From Octopus vulgaris (Eukaryota), in NCBI GenBank assembly GCA_951406725.2, contig OX597814.1, positions 125,488,001 through 125,552,000 of the forward strand: 64,000 nt of DNA. Direction: 5' to 3'. A program made the position numbers and the translations under genes. The notes beneath the pieces were generated by a model that had not been told where the DNA came from, did not search any database, and saw only the letters and a list, made by a program, of their open reading frames with translations. Positions 49,764-63,450 of this stretch are shown here, piece by piece (within the stretch, counting starts at the first letter, position 1; each line of letters begins with the position of its first letter).

Positions 49764-50082
49764 GAAGGCGCGTGGCTTAGTGGTTAGGGGCATTCGGCTC
49801 ATGATCGTGAGTTCAATTCCCGGCGACGCGTTGTGTCCTTGAGCAAGACACTTCATTTCACGTTGCTCCAGTCCATTCAGCTGGCAAAAATGAGTAGTAC
49901 CTGTATTTCAAAGGGTCAGCCTTGTCACACTCTGTGTCATGATGAATCTCCCCGAGAACTACGTTAAACCCTTACACGTGTTTGTGGAGTGCTGAGCCAC
50001 TTGCACGTTAATTTCACGAGCAAGCTGTTCTGTTGATCGTATCAGCTGGGACCCTCATAGCCGCAACCAACGGAGTGCTCCT
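49764..50082 (+). mobile_element. SINE family F, full length with 10-bp TSD
   Basis: A box TGGCTTAGTGG, B box AGTTCAATTCC. TTTCCTAATA at 49754-49763 and 50083-50092. Confidence 0.88.
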
Positions 50083-50829
50083 TTTCCTAATAAGAGATGG
50101 CTGAGTTGATTCGAGAAGAGGGTAAAGTTGACTGTTATTTATAATAGGGCGAGTTTTAGTGTTTTGTGTAAAAAGGTTTATGAGTCTACTTACGCAATGT
50201 GCGATTGATTTGGGGAGCAAGGGCTGGCAATGTTTCAGTTACATATATAAACATGCAAATATTATTCCCATTATAGTTACTGAACCCCATTCTTTCCTCG
50301 TGTGACATAAATCTGCGACTATTTACTTCCAGCTGGGTTACTTTTGTCGCAGATAATCCAACAGAATGATATTTTAGAGGATGGAATTGTTAATTTGACA
50401 TTTTATACCCAAACTGGATGGCTAGGTATTGCATTTTCTCAGACCTCTAACTTTCAGGGTAGATGACACCCGCCAGTATAGCCTTCGGTGTCTCAAAGAT
50501 ACAGAAGGCTTCTCACTTCGATAAGGTAGCAGCACAAATGAGTGGACATTACTTGGAAGGATAACAGCCTCAGTTTCCTGGAGATGATTTGTACTTTCAT
50601 CCTATTGGCTGAATTAAGTCACATAAAACAACGTACATATATCAGTTTTAATGAAACATTTCAGTCGCTTAAATTACTGCTTTCCTTGAATATAAAACTG
50701 CCGTTGTTTGCCATTTATTTGACATCTCTTGTAATCACAACTTTAACTAAATTACTGCTATATTCCTTGAATATAGCTATAGTAAAATTACTGCTATATT
50801 TCCTTGAATGCAAAATTATCGTTGTATGG

Positions 50830-53480
50830 AATCTATTTGTCGTCTCTTGCGGTCACAATAAGAGTACTATTGTTTGACCGCATTCTTCACAGTGCCAAGT
50901 AAAACTGTGCAGTTGAGAAGAATGGATGTTGGTAAATAAACTCTAATCTTGACAATGCCCTTGTTAGAGATGATGGTCAATACATGTATCGTGAAAAATT
51001 GCTTTCTTGGAACCTCGAAAGGAAATTCTGACTCTTGGTTTTATGATGCGATATGTTCAGGGAAAAGCTGGCAATCTGTGTGGCATCCCAAAGGAATTTA
51101 ATATTTTGCGGATTTGATTCCACGGTAGCATTAATTTTGTTTCTATTTCTAAAGAGATGTGAGATGGGAATCCTGAAAGTTGAGATGATTGATGAATTCT
51201 ATCAGATAGATTGTCTACTTGCCCAGTTTGTGAGGGCTGTTGTTAAATCTCTTCCAGATCTAGAAAATATTACATCATGTACCCGTTGACAGACAAAAGC
51301 CCGACCAATCAACTATGCAGAGCTTTGTTGTTTCTCCAGCAAATTTATTATTACATCTTCACACAAACCCGTTAGGTTGTCAGCATCCAGTTTTAGATCG
51401 AAGGTATATCGATCTTGAACTCCACAATGTCTCGTTCATATTTAATTTTTCCACTTCCAAGGTTTGTAATTACTGCACAGGAATATCGCTTCTTCAACCC
51501 TATTATCCGTGATCACCCACTGATTGATATTAAGTTTCGGATTTTCCATGATGCCGCAAATTTCGAATAGCATCATTGCTGCCTGTACAGCTGTTGGTTT
51601 ATGATAAATCACAAGCAAATTCTCTTTCTAGTCAACGACAAGGAGTACAATCCTCCTCAACCCCGAATACTTGTTCACTACTTCTAATGTCTGACAAGTT
51701 ACAATCAAGGTACTCGAAAACATTCTTCAAGCCCTGTGGTTCTTAACCATTTTCATGTAGTGCTTCCCCTCATACCACTTTAAGTAGTTGTTATTCTAGC
51801 ACCCCTCTAAGTGGCAAGTGAGGTATCACGACTAAACTAACTAAACATGGAGGATAATTTATAAATTTTACTCTAAAAATAGATTGTAAACGCTTTTAAC
51901 AGCGAAATGATAAAAAATTGAGGAAGACAAAAGTTGTAAATTTACATTTATACATTGCAAGTCAATAATTTTTATGTGTCACATGGAATCAAGCTAAATT
52001 GAATCAAGGAATGATTCCTCTTGGAATCAAGCAACTGCGTAGAATCTACACAGTCGCTCGAGCAGTTAGAAATAGCAGTACACTACTTACCTCTCATTTT
52101 ATTTTAATAACCATTCCTAGTTTATCATGTATAATATCATTACTACTATAGGTAAAATTGAATGCGTTATGTTACCTCACCGCCCTCTAAAGGCTTTCTT
52201 ACGGAAAAGAGGTACTGCCCACATTGAGAACCTCTGTTCTAACCTATGGCGAACAGGTCAACCTGTTGCATCATCTTTCCTGTTGTATCCTGCTTGGTGA
52301 AAGAGCATTTTTGAATCATCAGTTATATTTGAGACACTTGGAATGTAGTGTGCGCCTTTTATTCAGGAAGGTAGCTGCAGTCCCAAACAATAGCAATCTT
52401 TTTTTTCTGAGATTCCAGGTAGTCAACCAATAAGCATATATGTGACTGATACTACAACTTAGATTTAAACAGAATATTTTGTTATGATTCTTATTTACTG
52501 AACTGACTATACTTTTAAATATCAACCATTATTCAGAATTTAATGATTGCCACTTTCATATGTATTTCAAGCTGCATGACGTCAAACTCCATCTCCTCCC
52601 TCAGGATGCTGGACAGTTCTGCTAATTCGACAATGTTTGGGTTTGGCCGTGTAAGTCGGATCCATGGAACTTTCCCATAATACCACAAAACATTTTGTCT
52701 GATACTCAACTATATTATCTTCATTTAAAACTTCCATATTTAGATGAAACTAGATTAGAGAAATCATATGAGATTTACATAAATCGAACCGTTCACAATC
52801 TTAAGCGTGAATTTCGACATTTTTTTTATTTTTACATATCTTCATCCAACCGAGACACGTTGCAGAAACTCACAATTAATGTGAAGGTCATAGCTCAGGA
52901 AGAAAAGACGATTGTATGATACAGTCTATTGGTTGTCAAATATTATTTTCTGGTTTTCATTGGTTCGATTGTATGTTTGTGACCTCACTGATCAGCAAAT
53001 CCCTACCGATATTTCGGATATGAATTCTCACCCTCACCCACAATCGTGAACTTTCTATTTGGTTGCGAAGAATCCCCTGGGTAATGTCAGCTTTGATTAC
53101 ATTCATCCATGACAGGGTTATTCAAACAGCTGGGACCACATGTTTTAGTGATGGCGGGGTGTAGCTTCGGATTTTTCTTGTCGAGATTACCATGGCATAT
53201 CACACATGCTGAGGAGCTCAAGTGGTTTAGCATGCTTTCATCTTCCATAATGATGATAATGTAGGCGTGGGTTAGCTTCTACATCTGCCACTCAGCTGTA
53301 CCTAAATTGGTATTAACTTTGCTAAGCATCACTCTCTTTTGAACAACATCCAACAAACTAGTTTGTGTCTGATTCTGAAAAACTGGACACACAAATCGGC
53401 CACCTCTCTAAACACCTCTTCAGGATTAAGAACTGCTTTGATTTCAGGATATTTAGGATTAGCGAGACTGGAGTTCTATA
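50830..53480 (-). mobile_element. Very old LINE-like (RTE?) debris
   Basis: Coding-like composition with only short, interrupted RTE-like fragments. Family not firmly identifiable. Confidence 0.35.
51734..52236. mobile_element. hAT (Charlie-like) MITE
   Basis: Imperfect TIRs CTGTGGTTCTTAAC / ATTGAGAACCTCTG. 8-bp flanks TTCAAGCC / TTCTAACC match at 6 of 8. Confidence 0.6.
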
Positions 53481-53505
53481 ACAGATAATATTTTAATCAA
53501 TGATC

Positions 53506-53715
53506 AAAGGTGATGAGCTGACAGAATCACTAGCACGCCGGGAAGAATGCTTTAGCAGCATTTCGTCCATCTTTACGTTCTGAGTTCAAACGCCGCCAAA
53601 ATCAGCTTTGCCTGTCATTCCTTCGGGGTTGATTAAAGAGTACCAGCTGAACACTGGGGTTGAACCAAACTCCACTCTCGAAGATGCTGGCCTTGTGCCA
53701 AAATTTGAAACCAAT
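53506..53715 (+). mobile_element. SINE family A variant
   Basis: Family A head with the alternative 3' end (GCTGGCCTTGTGCCAAAATTTGAAACC). Confidence 0.8.
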
Positions 53716-53820
53716 ATTTTAATCAACGGTTAACGGACGCCTCATATATTTTAAGCACCTCTACCTTAATACACACGCGCACACACACACATGTGTATTG
53801 CTGTTTCTTTTTATACATAC

Positions 53821-53981
53821 GCGCTGGAGTGGCTGCGTGGTAAGTAGCTTGCTTACCAACCACATAGTTCCTGGTTCAGTCTCACTGCGTAGCACCTTGG
53901 GCAAGTGTCTTCTACTATAGTCGCTGGCCGATCAAAGCCTTGTGAGTGGATTTGGTAGATGGAAACTGGAAGAAGCCCGTC

Positions 53982-54052
<71 letters not shown>

Positions 54053-54271
54053 TGTGTCTGTGTTTGTCCCCCCAACATCTCTTGACAACCGATGCTGGTG
54101 TGTTTACGTCCTCGTAACTTAGCGGTTACACAAAAGAGGTCGATAGATAGAATAAGTACAAGGCTTACAAAGAATAAACTCTGAGGTCGATTTGCTCGAC
54201 TAAAGATGGTGCTCCAGCATGGCCGCAGTCAAATGACTGAAACAAGTAAAAGAATAAAATAATAAAAGAAT
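53821..54271 (+). mobile_element. SINE family B, full length (source of the 55.5 kb daughter)
   Basis: Family B match carrying private variants. Confidence 0.92.
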
Positions 54272-54670
54272 AGTCAAACATAAAATAAGTCATGCATTAA
54301 CTAAAGGACGTTTCAAAATATTGTAAGTAGAGTATTACATTTATTTTTACAAGATAAAGGTTGCTTCGCTGGAAGTTGGCTCCGACAGACTGCAATATTT
54401 TCTTGGGGTTTTCAAGCAATCCATATAAATATTTCTATTTCATTTATATATTTTTTGGCTTAAGATTTTTGTGGAGTTTCGTTGCAATGTAGGTGTGATT
54501 AAATCATGTATTTTTGTGATATAGGAGGTGGTGGTGGTGGTGGGGGAAGCATTTTTATGGATTGTTCGATTGAGTAAACGAGTTAATATAATTAAATTGC
54601 TATATATTTATATATATTGTAATGAAGTTAAGATCTTTTTAAATATTTGCACATAAGAAGTTCTGCGAGA

Positions 54671-55011
54671 AAGAAGAAGAAGAAGAAGAAGAAGAAGAAG
54701 AAGAAGAAGAAGAAGAAGAAGAAGAAGAAGAAGAAGAAGAAGAAGAAGAAGAAGAAGAAGAAGAAGAAGAAGAAGAAGAAGAAGAAGAAGAAGAAGAAGA
54801 AGAAGAAGAAGAAGGAAAAGAAGAAGAAGAAGAAGAAGAAGAAGAAGAAGAAGAAGAAGGAAGAAGAAAAGAAGAAGAAGAAGAAGAAGAAGAAGAAGAA
54901 GAAGAAGAAGAAGAAGAAAGTAAAAGAAGAAGAAGAAAAAAAGAAGAAGAAGAAGAAGAAGAAGAAGAAGAAGAAGAAGAAGAAGAAGAAGAAGAAGAAG
55001 AAGAAAAGAAG
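54671..55011. repeat. (AAG)n microsatellite, ~340 bp
   Basis: Directly visible. Confidence 0.95.
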
Positions 55012-55139
55012 ATGGTGATGGAAGGGGAGGAAGGATTGGAGGAGAAAAAGAGGAGGAAGAGGAAGGATAAAAGAAGAAAAGAAGGGGAAACAATGAATGT
55101 TCACATATGGTGGTGGGGAGACAAACAGTGCAAAAGAAT

Positions 55140-56003
55140 GTTGGTTTCGAATTTTGGCACAGAGCCTGCAATTTCAAGGAAGAGTAAGTCGATTACATCG
55201 ATCTCAATACTTGATTGGTACCTACTTTCCCGACCCCGAAAAAAATGAAAGACAAAAAAAGTCGATTTCAGCGGGATTTGTACTCAGAGCGTAAAGACAG
55301 ACGAAACGCCGCTAGACATTTTTTCCCGGTGTGCTAACGTTTCCTATTTCTTTACTGCCCACAAAGGGCTACACACAGGGGGGACGAACAAGGACAGACA
55401 AATGGATTAAGTCGATTAGATAGACCCCAGTGCGTAACTGGTACTTATTTAATCGACCCTGAAAGGATGAAAAGCAAAGTCGACCTCCTTTAGTTAATGC
55501 ATGACTTATTTTATGTTTGACTATTCTTTTATTATTTTATTCTTTTACTTGTTTCAGTCATTTGACTGCGGCCATGCTGGAGCACCGTCTTTAGTCGAGC
55601 AAATCGACCTCAGAGTTTATTCTTTGTAAGCCTAGTACTTATTCTAACTATCGACCTCTTTTGTGTAACCGCTAAGTTACGGGGACGTAAACACACCAGC
55701 ATCGGTTGTCAAGAGATGTTGGGGGGACAAACATACAAAAATTCCGACCTCGGCGGAATTTGAACTCAGAACGTAAAGACAAACGAAATACCTATTTCTT
55801 TACTTCCCACAAGGGGCTAAACACAGAACAAACAAGGACAGATAGACGGATTAAGTCGATTATATCGACCCCAGTGTGTAACTGTTACTTATTTAATCGA
55901 CCCCGAAAGGATGGAAGGCAAAGTCGAACTCAGAACGTAGCGGCAGACGAAATACCGCTAAGCATTTCGCCCGGTGTGCTAACGTTTCCGCCAGTTCGCC
56001 ACC
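55140..56003 (-). mobile_element. Cluster of three family A SINEs with a family B-derived insert (55488-55744)
   Basis: Units at ~55140-55343, 55345-55792 (interrupted, CGACCTC duplicated) and 55793-56003. Confidence 0.85.
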
Positions 56004-56570
56004 TCAGTGCACAAAAACTATTGAGTTCCAGTTTAGTGGATGTCATTCGCCTTTGTTATGTATATATTGTAAATTGAGATATGTTTGATAAAAGAAATTA
56101 AAGTGAGGTTTATATATTATTGTTTGGAATTATCCAAGGACATATGTAAACACAGGTGGAAAAGGTTATATTTGCAAGCGTGCACAGGTCAAAGACAGGT
56201 CCGGTGTTGAAGTTTGTGCTGAAAGGTCACGTCCAGGCATATATTAAAATGAGCAAGTGATTTACTTTTAATTACTGGCTATTGTAATTGGAAAGGGCGA
56301 TTTTAGTAGTTAATACTTAACTATATTACAGGATGATGTTATACACACATGCGTACAGCGAGAAAATTTATATACATCCTCGCCAGCTACTGTACATATT
56401 TTACAGGTATACACTCACATGCACAAACACTAACAGATCTATAATACGAATATATATACAGTTTACATACACACACACACACATACACACTCACACACAC
56501 ATACATGCAGACACGCGCGCGCATACACATATATACATGTATGCATACATACATACATACATATTCAGAG

Positions 56571-56664
<94 letters not shown>

Positions 56665-56679
56665 AAACAGAAACGAAGA

Positions 56680-58378
56680 GGCAAACAGTTTGGTAAGACT
56701 TGACAAGAAAATTTAATTTAGCTACATCGACATTGGGGAAGAAGACATAATACTAGTCATAGATGCAGTGGACACAAACTCAATTGTTAGCCCTGATGGT
56801 TTCTCAGCAATCCTCTTCAAATCGTGTAAGCATGCCCAGGCAAAACCACTACAGATTCTATTCCAGAGTTTTCTTGCAAATGGCAGACTGCCAAGCCCAA
56901 TCCATAAAGGAAGAAGCAGAGCAGATGCCAAAAATTATAGGCCTATCTCTCTGACTTCACACATCAGCAAAGTCATGAAACGAATAGCCAGAGGGAAATT
57001 AATTACATTCCTTGAAGTAAATAACTTGCTGAGTGATACCCAGCATGGTTTCCGACCAGGTAAGAGCTGCTGACCCAGCTCTTACATCACTATGACTGGG
57101 TGTTGAGGCAGTTACTCAGCAACTCAAATGTGGACGCAATATACCTTGACTTTGCAAAAACTTTTGATAAAGTGGATCAGGGTATGATATGCCACAAACA
57201 GCGTGATCTCGGTATGGCTGGAAAACTTGGAGAGTGGTTACATGACTTTCTGAAAAATAGAAGCCGGGCAGTGGTGGCCAATGGAGTCACCTCAAAGAAA
57301 ACACAAATAGTGAGTAGTGTTCCACAGGGCACTGTCCGAAGACCACTGTTTTTCATAGTGGCCCTCTCAGATATGCCCTCAGCTGTCTGGATAGCCACCC
57401 TTGCTAACTACGCAGACAATAAGAAAGTCTTGCAGAAAATACAAAACCTTAGCGATGTTGCACACCTGCAGCAGGTGTTGGACTCAATTTACAGATGGGC
57501 TGAGTATAATGATATGCAGTTTAATGCTGAAAAATTCCAGGCCCTGCGCTACCATCGCCCAAAATTGAACGTTAAAAATTACAGGATACACTGGCCTACA
57601 AGGGATTACAATCCCAGAACCTAATTCAGTGCAGAACCTGGGTATCGACATGAGTGATGATGCCTCTTTCCAAGTGTACATTACCAAGATGGCGACAAAG
57701 TGCAGACGGTTGGCTGGACGGATTCTGAGAACCTCCAGAACCAGAGAGAAGAAAACCATGGCGGTCCTCTGGAGGACATTCGTTCTCAGCCGCCTGGACT
57801 ACTGCTGCCAGCTATGGTCACCCCACAGTGTAAAATTAACAGCGGACCTTGAAGCAATTCAGCGAAGCCTCACAAAGAAGATCGTCTTATTGCAACAACT
57901 CAGCTACCGAGAAAGGCTGAAGTAGCTATGACTCTACACCCTGGAGTGAAGGCGGGAGAGATATGCAGTAACATACATCTCGAATATCCTGGAGAGGATT
58001 GTGTTAAATTTTGGCATTGCAAGATACACAAATGCCAGGAAGTGTTGCCACTGCACAGTGCCAAAGATCCCAGCAATGCCGTCGCACTTCAAGACCAGTT
58101 ACTGCAACAGCCTGGGTTTCAGGGGACCACAGCATTTTCATATTCTTACAAAGAGCATGAGGGACCTACACAAGGTGGATGTAGGTGTTTTCAAATCAAA
58201 ACTAGATCTCTTCCTGTCGAGAATCCACGATGAACCTACCTTGTGGCAGGAGGCGCAAATGATGATAGCGGTTTCAAACTCCCTTATTCACCAAACACCA
58301 CATATCAGAGGAGGTTCTCAATAACAGTGTAACAAAACGGCGGTGCCCTAGCATGGCCACAGCTTTGAGCTGAAATTG
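56680..58378 (+). mobile_element. 5'-truncated CR1/L2-group LINE, RT pseudogene
   Basis: NYRPISLTSHISKVM, QHGFRPGKSC, YLDFAKTFDKVD, VPQGTV, YADN and SRLDYCCQLWSP, split by stops and frameshifts. 3' tail GGCGGTGCCCTAGCATGGCCACAGC..GCTGAAA. Confidence 0.92.
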
Positions 58379-58465
<87 letters not shown>

Positions 58466-59739
58466 GTATGTGTACATGTATAAAATCCATCCTTCCGCTT
58501 TTCTCGTTACATTGTATGAGATGATGTAGAATTGGTATCTAACTTGCAAGTTCTGTGGAGCGGAGGCCATCATAATAACGGTAGGAAGGAGAGTGGACAC
58601 ATGTTAAGGAAGTAAGAGTTGTAACGTGTTGCTGCGCGAATACTTATCAGTCAGTTTGACAATAAATAAACTGTGGTAACCTGAGCTTCTAAAAAAGAGG
58701 TTTCAATCGGTACAAAAACACTCGGAAATCTAAGGATATAAGAGTGTAATTATTTAACGGTTCTTCCCTCTCAAAGCAAAAATCATAGCGCCTTTGAATA
58801 TCACGAGCGCACTCCTCCGGTGCCCGGAAATTTAGTTCCTCCAAGAACAATGCGTCATATGTGCTGGTTATGCAGCGGATAAAGAAGCACGAAGTCCTCA
58901 AAGTTGATTGAGTGCCCAAATCATTAGAACGGCAGATAAAATGTTTTGTAGTACTAGCTTCGGCCCTGTATCTTCTATGTCCAAATCCTGTCGAAGTGAA
59001 CATTTCAGGGATCTGTAAATTAAGCACCGACCAGGTATTGATGTTGGTTTAATTGCCTAAGACTCTCATTTCAAATTTGTAACCAGTTGTGCCGATATTA
59101 GAGATGTTTCCTTTTGCTATTATTTGAAACTTAATGAAGAGAAGTAAAGCGAGAATTACTTTCGTCTCATAAGTTTAATTGATATATTAAGTATTCTGAT
59201 GAGTAATTGGCAACTTGCTGACGTGGTGTATAATGTTGTTGCTGTTGATTATCAATTGTGGCTAAGGCATTCCATGTAAAAGGACATTCCACCTATACGC
59301 ACCCTAACTTATACAGAAAGTAATGTATCAAGGACTATATTATCTATCATGAACCTTTCATCTTTTAAATCTGCAGATTGAGATTTTAGAGAGATTTGGT
59401 TGCTATTTCTAGGAGGTTCAGTGACCACGTAGTGGCCACTCTCACTGAGTCGACTCTTAACATTTATGATGTGGTCGGGTGAACTAAAGCTCCAAGTAGA
59501 ATGAAACGTGATGAACAAAATTACTTTGGAGCCCCAGAGTGATATCCTCTCAAAGTTGACAAACGTTGTGCTTTTTTTTCTAGTTCCAGACCCGAGCCCC
59601 TATTTAGTTCTCTGAGCTTCGGGCTTTGTTCGTCAGGGATCAATAAAATAAAGCGCCTATGGACAACGGGAGTTGACGTAACTGATTGCATTCCCAGCTT
59701 TCTCACTAAAGTGTTAGGACCATATTAGAATTCGATAAT

Positions 59740-59878
59740 CGTAACTTAGCGGTTCGGCAAAAGGGACCGATAGAATAAGTACTAGGCTTACAAAGAATAA
59801 GTCCTGGGGTCGATTTGTTCGAGTAAAGGCGGTGCTCCAACATGGCCGCAGTCAAATGACTGAAACAAGTAAAAGAGT
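59740..59878 (+). mobile_element. SINE family B, 5'-truncated tail
   Basis: Family B tail match. Confidence 0.85.
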
Positions 59879-60039
59879 CCGCAGCAATGGGCATCACGGT
59901 AGAGTATAGAAGTGTTGCAATACTTCCTATGTTTTGGGTTCAAATCTTACCGGGTTCTACTTTTCTTACCCATGCACTACCATACATTCACACACACACG
60001 CTCACGCAATCTTCATACCCGTTCGCGTGCTTGAGCGCG

Positions 60040-60080
<41 letters not shown>

Positions 60081-60455
60081 TAGCCAGATCTTTGTTGTTT
60101 TCTTTGCCGCCTGCATCTCCAACCACTTCCTCTCTTTCGTTCTATTCAACACGTGCAATCGTTAATCCGGACACGTTTTCTTTTCTCTCTCCATATTTTC
60201 TTTCTTCGTTCCATTATGTAGAAGAACAAAGGCTTGAAACGTCCAAGATTTCTTCCTTTTCTCCTGAACGTCAAACTAATACTCCTTGATTGATTTTCCC
60301 TCACCTGTCTTTGACTTTTTTGCATCATATATGTGTATCTGTGCGTGTGGGGGGGGTGTACGTGCGTGTGTGTGCGTGTGTGTGTGAGTGTGTGTGTGTT
60401 TGTGTTTGTGTGTGTGTGTATGTATATTTATGTATACACACAGGCACGCACATAC

Positions 60456-60908
60456 TTGTTTCAGATATTAGACAGCAGCCTTGCTGGTGCACAGTCTTGA
60501 AGATTTTAGTCGAATAAATCGACCCTAGGACTTATTTTTATATGACTGACACTAATTCTATCAGTTACTTCTTGCAAAAATATTTTTGTTGTTTTTGTAA
60601 AACCTCAGAAAATAATTAAAAATTCACACTTTTTATCAAATTATTTTGTTACGGGGACGTAAATACACCAACACCGGTTGTCAAGCGAGGTGGATAAACA
60701 TAATCAAACAAGCATGCACATACATACACACACACATGTATATAAATAAAGATGACAGGCTTCTTTCAATTTTCGTCTACTAAGTCCACCCACAAGGCGT
60801 TGGTCGACCCAGGACTATAGTAGAAGACAACTGCTCAAAATGCCATACAGTGGAACCGAACCTGAATTTTATGTGGTTGGGAAGCAAACTTCTTACCACA
60901 CAGCCACG
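60456..60908 (-). mobile_element. SINE family B, degenerate with an internal insertion
   Basis: Family B head and tail are recognisable. Confidence 0.75.
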
Positions 60909-61228
60909 TCGACACCTCCACACAGCTAAACTAGTTTTTTCTTTTTTTTTTTTTTTTGAAACTGAAATTGAGAATCTGTTTTTGTTACTAGAGTTTCATG
61001 ATACTGCGATATTCAGGTGAGAATGCTGTGGTGGAGAAACTCGAGAGGCATAAACTATTACTTTCAATTTCAATTAAAAAAAAGCATCTCCTTGACAACA
61101 TGCGTCGAGTACTTCTTTCTTATTCATCCGTCAAATAGTCGTACACACAAGGTATATCATATATATGTATATTTCACATATATATTTGTGTATGTATGTG
61201 TGTGTGTATGTGTGTGTATCGTTATGTA

Positions 61229-61289
<61 letters not shown>

Positions 61290-62520
61290 ACGTTTTGTTT
61301 GGTTGTGTTTGTGTCTGTGTATGTATACACACACACAAATATATTTATATACATGTATATATATAGATACACACATACATATCTATATATATGTGTGTGT
61401 GTGTGTATGTGTGTGTGTACATATATATATATATAAATATTTATATATATACATATATATATACATTGATATATATATACATGTATATATATATGCATAT
61501 GTGTATATAGATATATATTCATACATACATATATACATCCATACATACATACATGCATACATTCATAGATACATACAAACATACATACATACATACAAAC
61601 ATACATACATACATACATACATACATACATACATACATACATACATACATACATACATACATACATACATACATACATACATACATACATAACCTTTATC
61701 AAACTTCTCTCACTGTTCTTTTTTGTCTGGTAGCATCGAGCAACATGAGTGAATGCTTCTTCGAGTTCAGAGAAGAGCACCTTTTGCCATGGGATCTAGC
61801 ATATTACAACCAACAAAACCACACGGTTCCATAAGTATTGCTTTCAATGTGCAAATGAAGCCGACAGCCTAGGACTATTATCATCATTAAGCGGTCAGAT
61901 AACGAGATATCACGCTAAATTTTGCATCGGTTTTCATCTGATAATTTTATCACAGCAATACCTATTTTTATACTGTGGACATAAAAAATGGCCATAAAAC
62001 CAACATTGGCTTTCTACTCCAATATATAAGATTTCCTGATATAATAAAGACAAAAGAGGAAGAAGAAGAAAAAAAAACATAAAAGGTATGGACGATATTT
62101 GTAGGGAAGAAGAAATAGACATCTTTGTTTATATTTTTGAATAGATAAGAGTTTTGAAAGTGTGGTGAATTCTGCGGGGAGTCATAAATTGAGTATGAAC
62201 GGTTATGGACGAGGGAGAACCATGAAAGCAAAGAGTCTGGTTGAGATAATTCTAGCTTCATTATAAATCCATTGAAATTCAACAGAATCAGAAAAGAAGC
62301 TAACCATAACTAAACTTTCTCATTTCACATTTTGTTAGAATTTATCACAAAATTCTCAAAATTTTTTTTAACCTTTTCTTTTTCTCCCCTCTTTCCATTT
62401 ATTTATTTATTTATTTATTTTGTTTCGTTTTTCCATTCTTTTGTGAGTGAGCGTGTATGCTCATACGTCTGTATGTGTGCATTTATTCCTTCTTGCATAT
62501 CTGTATATTCGTGTGACTAA

Positions 62521-62558
<38 letters not shown>

Positions 62559-63093
62559 TTTTCCCCTTTGTCGGTGTGTATTTCCGTGTGTTTATAACTC
62601 TCGGTATCCGTATGATTTTTTTTTTCTTCTTCATATGTGTCTACATGCGTACATGTGTCTCTCTGTCTGCCAGTCTCTCTACATGTATATATCTCTTTAT
62701 TATTTCTCTTCCACAATTAAACATCTTTACTTTTTTTTTATTTCTCTATTCCTATTTACACATTCTTTCCACTTGTCAATTTTTCATTCCATCATTCACC
62801 TATATTCATATTTATTCTTATTTTATTTCGCCATTGCAACGTTTTCTTGTTTCTTTCTACATTTTTTTATTCTAATACATTTTCTCATTTCTCTATTTTA
62901 TACTCAAATATTTTCTCATTTTCATATTCTTCAGTTCCTTTCTCTATTAGTCTATAAGTTCAACCACAACATACCACAGTTACCCACTCACCTCATGCCA
63001 TATACGATACATTGTACTATGATGTGAAGTTTAGATTTGATACATAAACTGTGTGGTAGGTACACACACCATTTATTACACTCACTATGCGTT

Positions 63094-63450
63094 GTACTTA
63101 AGTATTTCATCGTATATGAAGTACAGCGTGTATGGTACTTATTTTGAAGTACTCTGTGTGTGTGTATGGTGTACAATTAGTGGTACTATATGTTGTACTT
63201 ACGTATTACATCGTATATAAATTACAACGTGTATGGTACTCATTTTGTAGTACTCTGTATGCGTGCATGGGGCACAATTAGTGGTACTATGTATTGTACT
63301 TAAGTATTACATCGTATATAAAGTACAGCGTGTATGGTACTCATTTTGTAGTACTCTGTGTACTTAAGTATTACATCGTATATAAATTACAACGTGTACG
63401 GTACTCATTTTGAAGTACTCAGTGTGCGTGTATGGTGCACAATTTGTGGT
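63094..63450. repeat. Tandem repeat of ~100 bp x3.5
   Basis: GTACTTAAGTATTACATCGTATATAAA..CGTGTATGGTACTCATTTTG at ~63094, 63196, 63296 and 63360. Confidence 0.88.

Noticed and set aside
54608-55177. Poly-L, poly-F and poly-K ORFs
   Set aside because: These come from the (AAG)n microsatellite. The same applies to ORFs at 38.1-38.5, 39.9-40.6, 44.8-46.1 and 61.0-61.8 kb.
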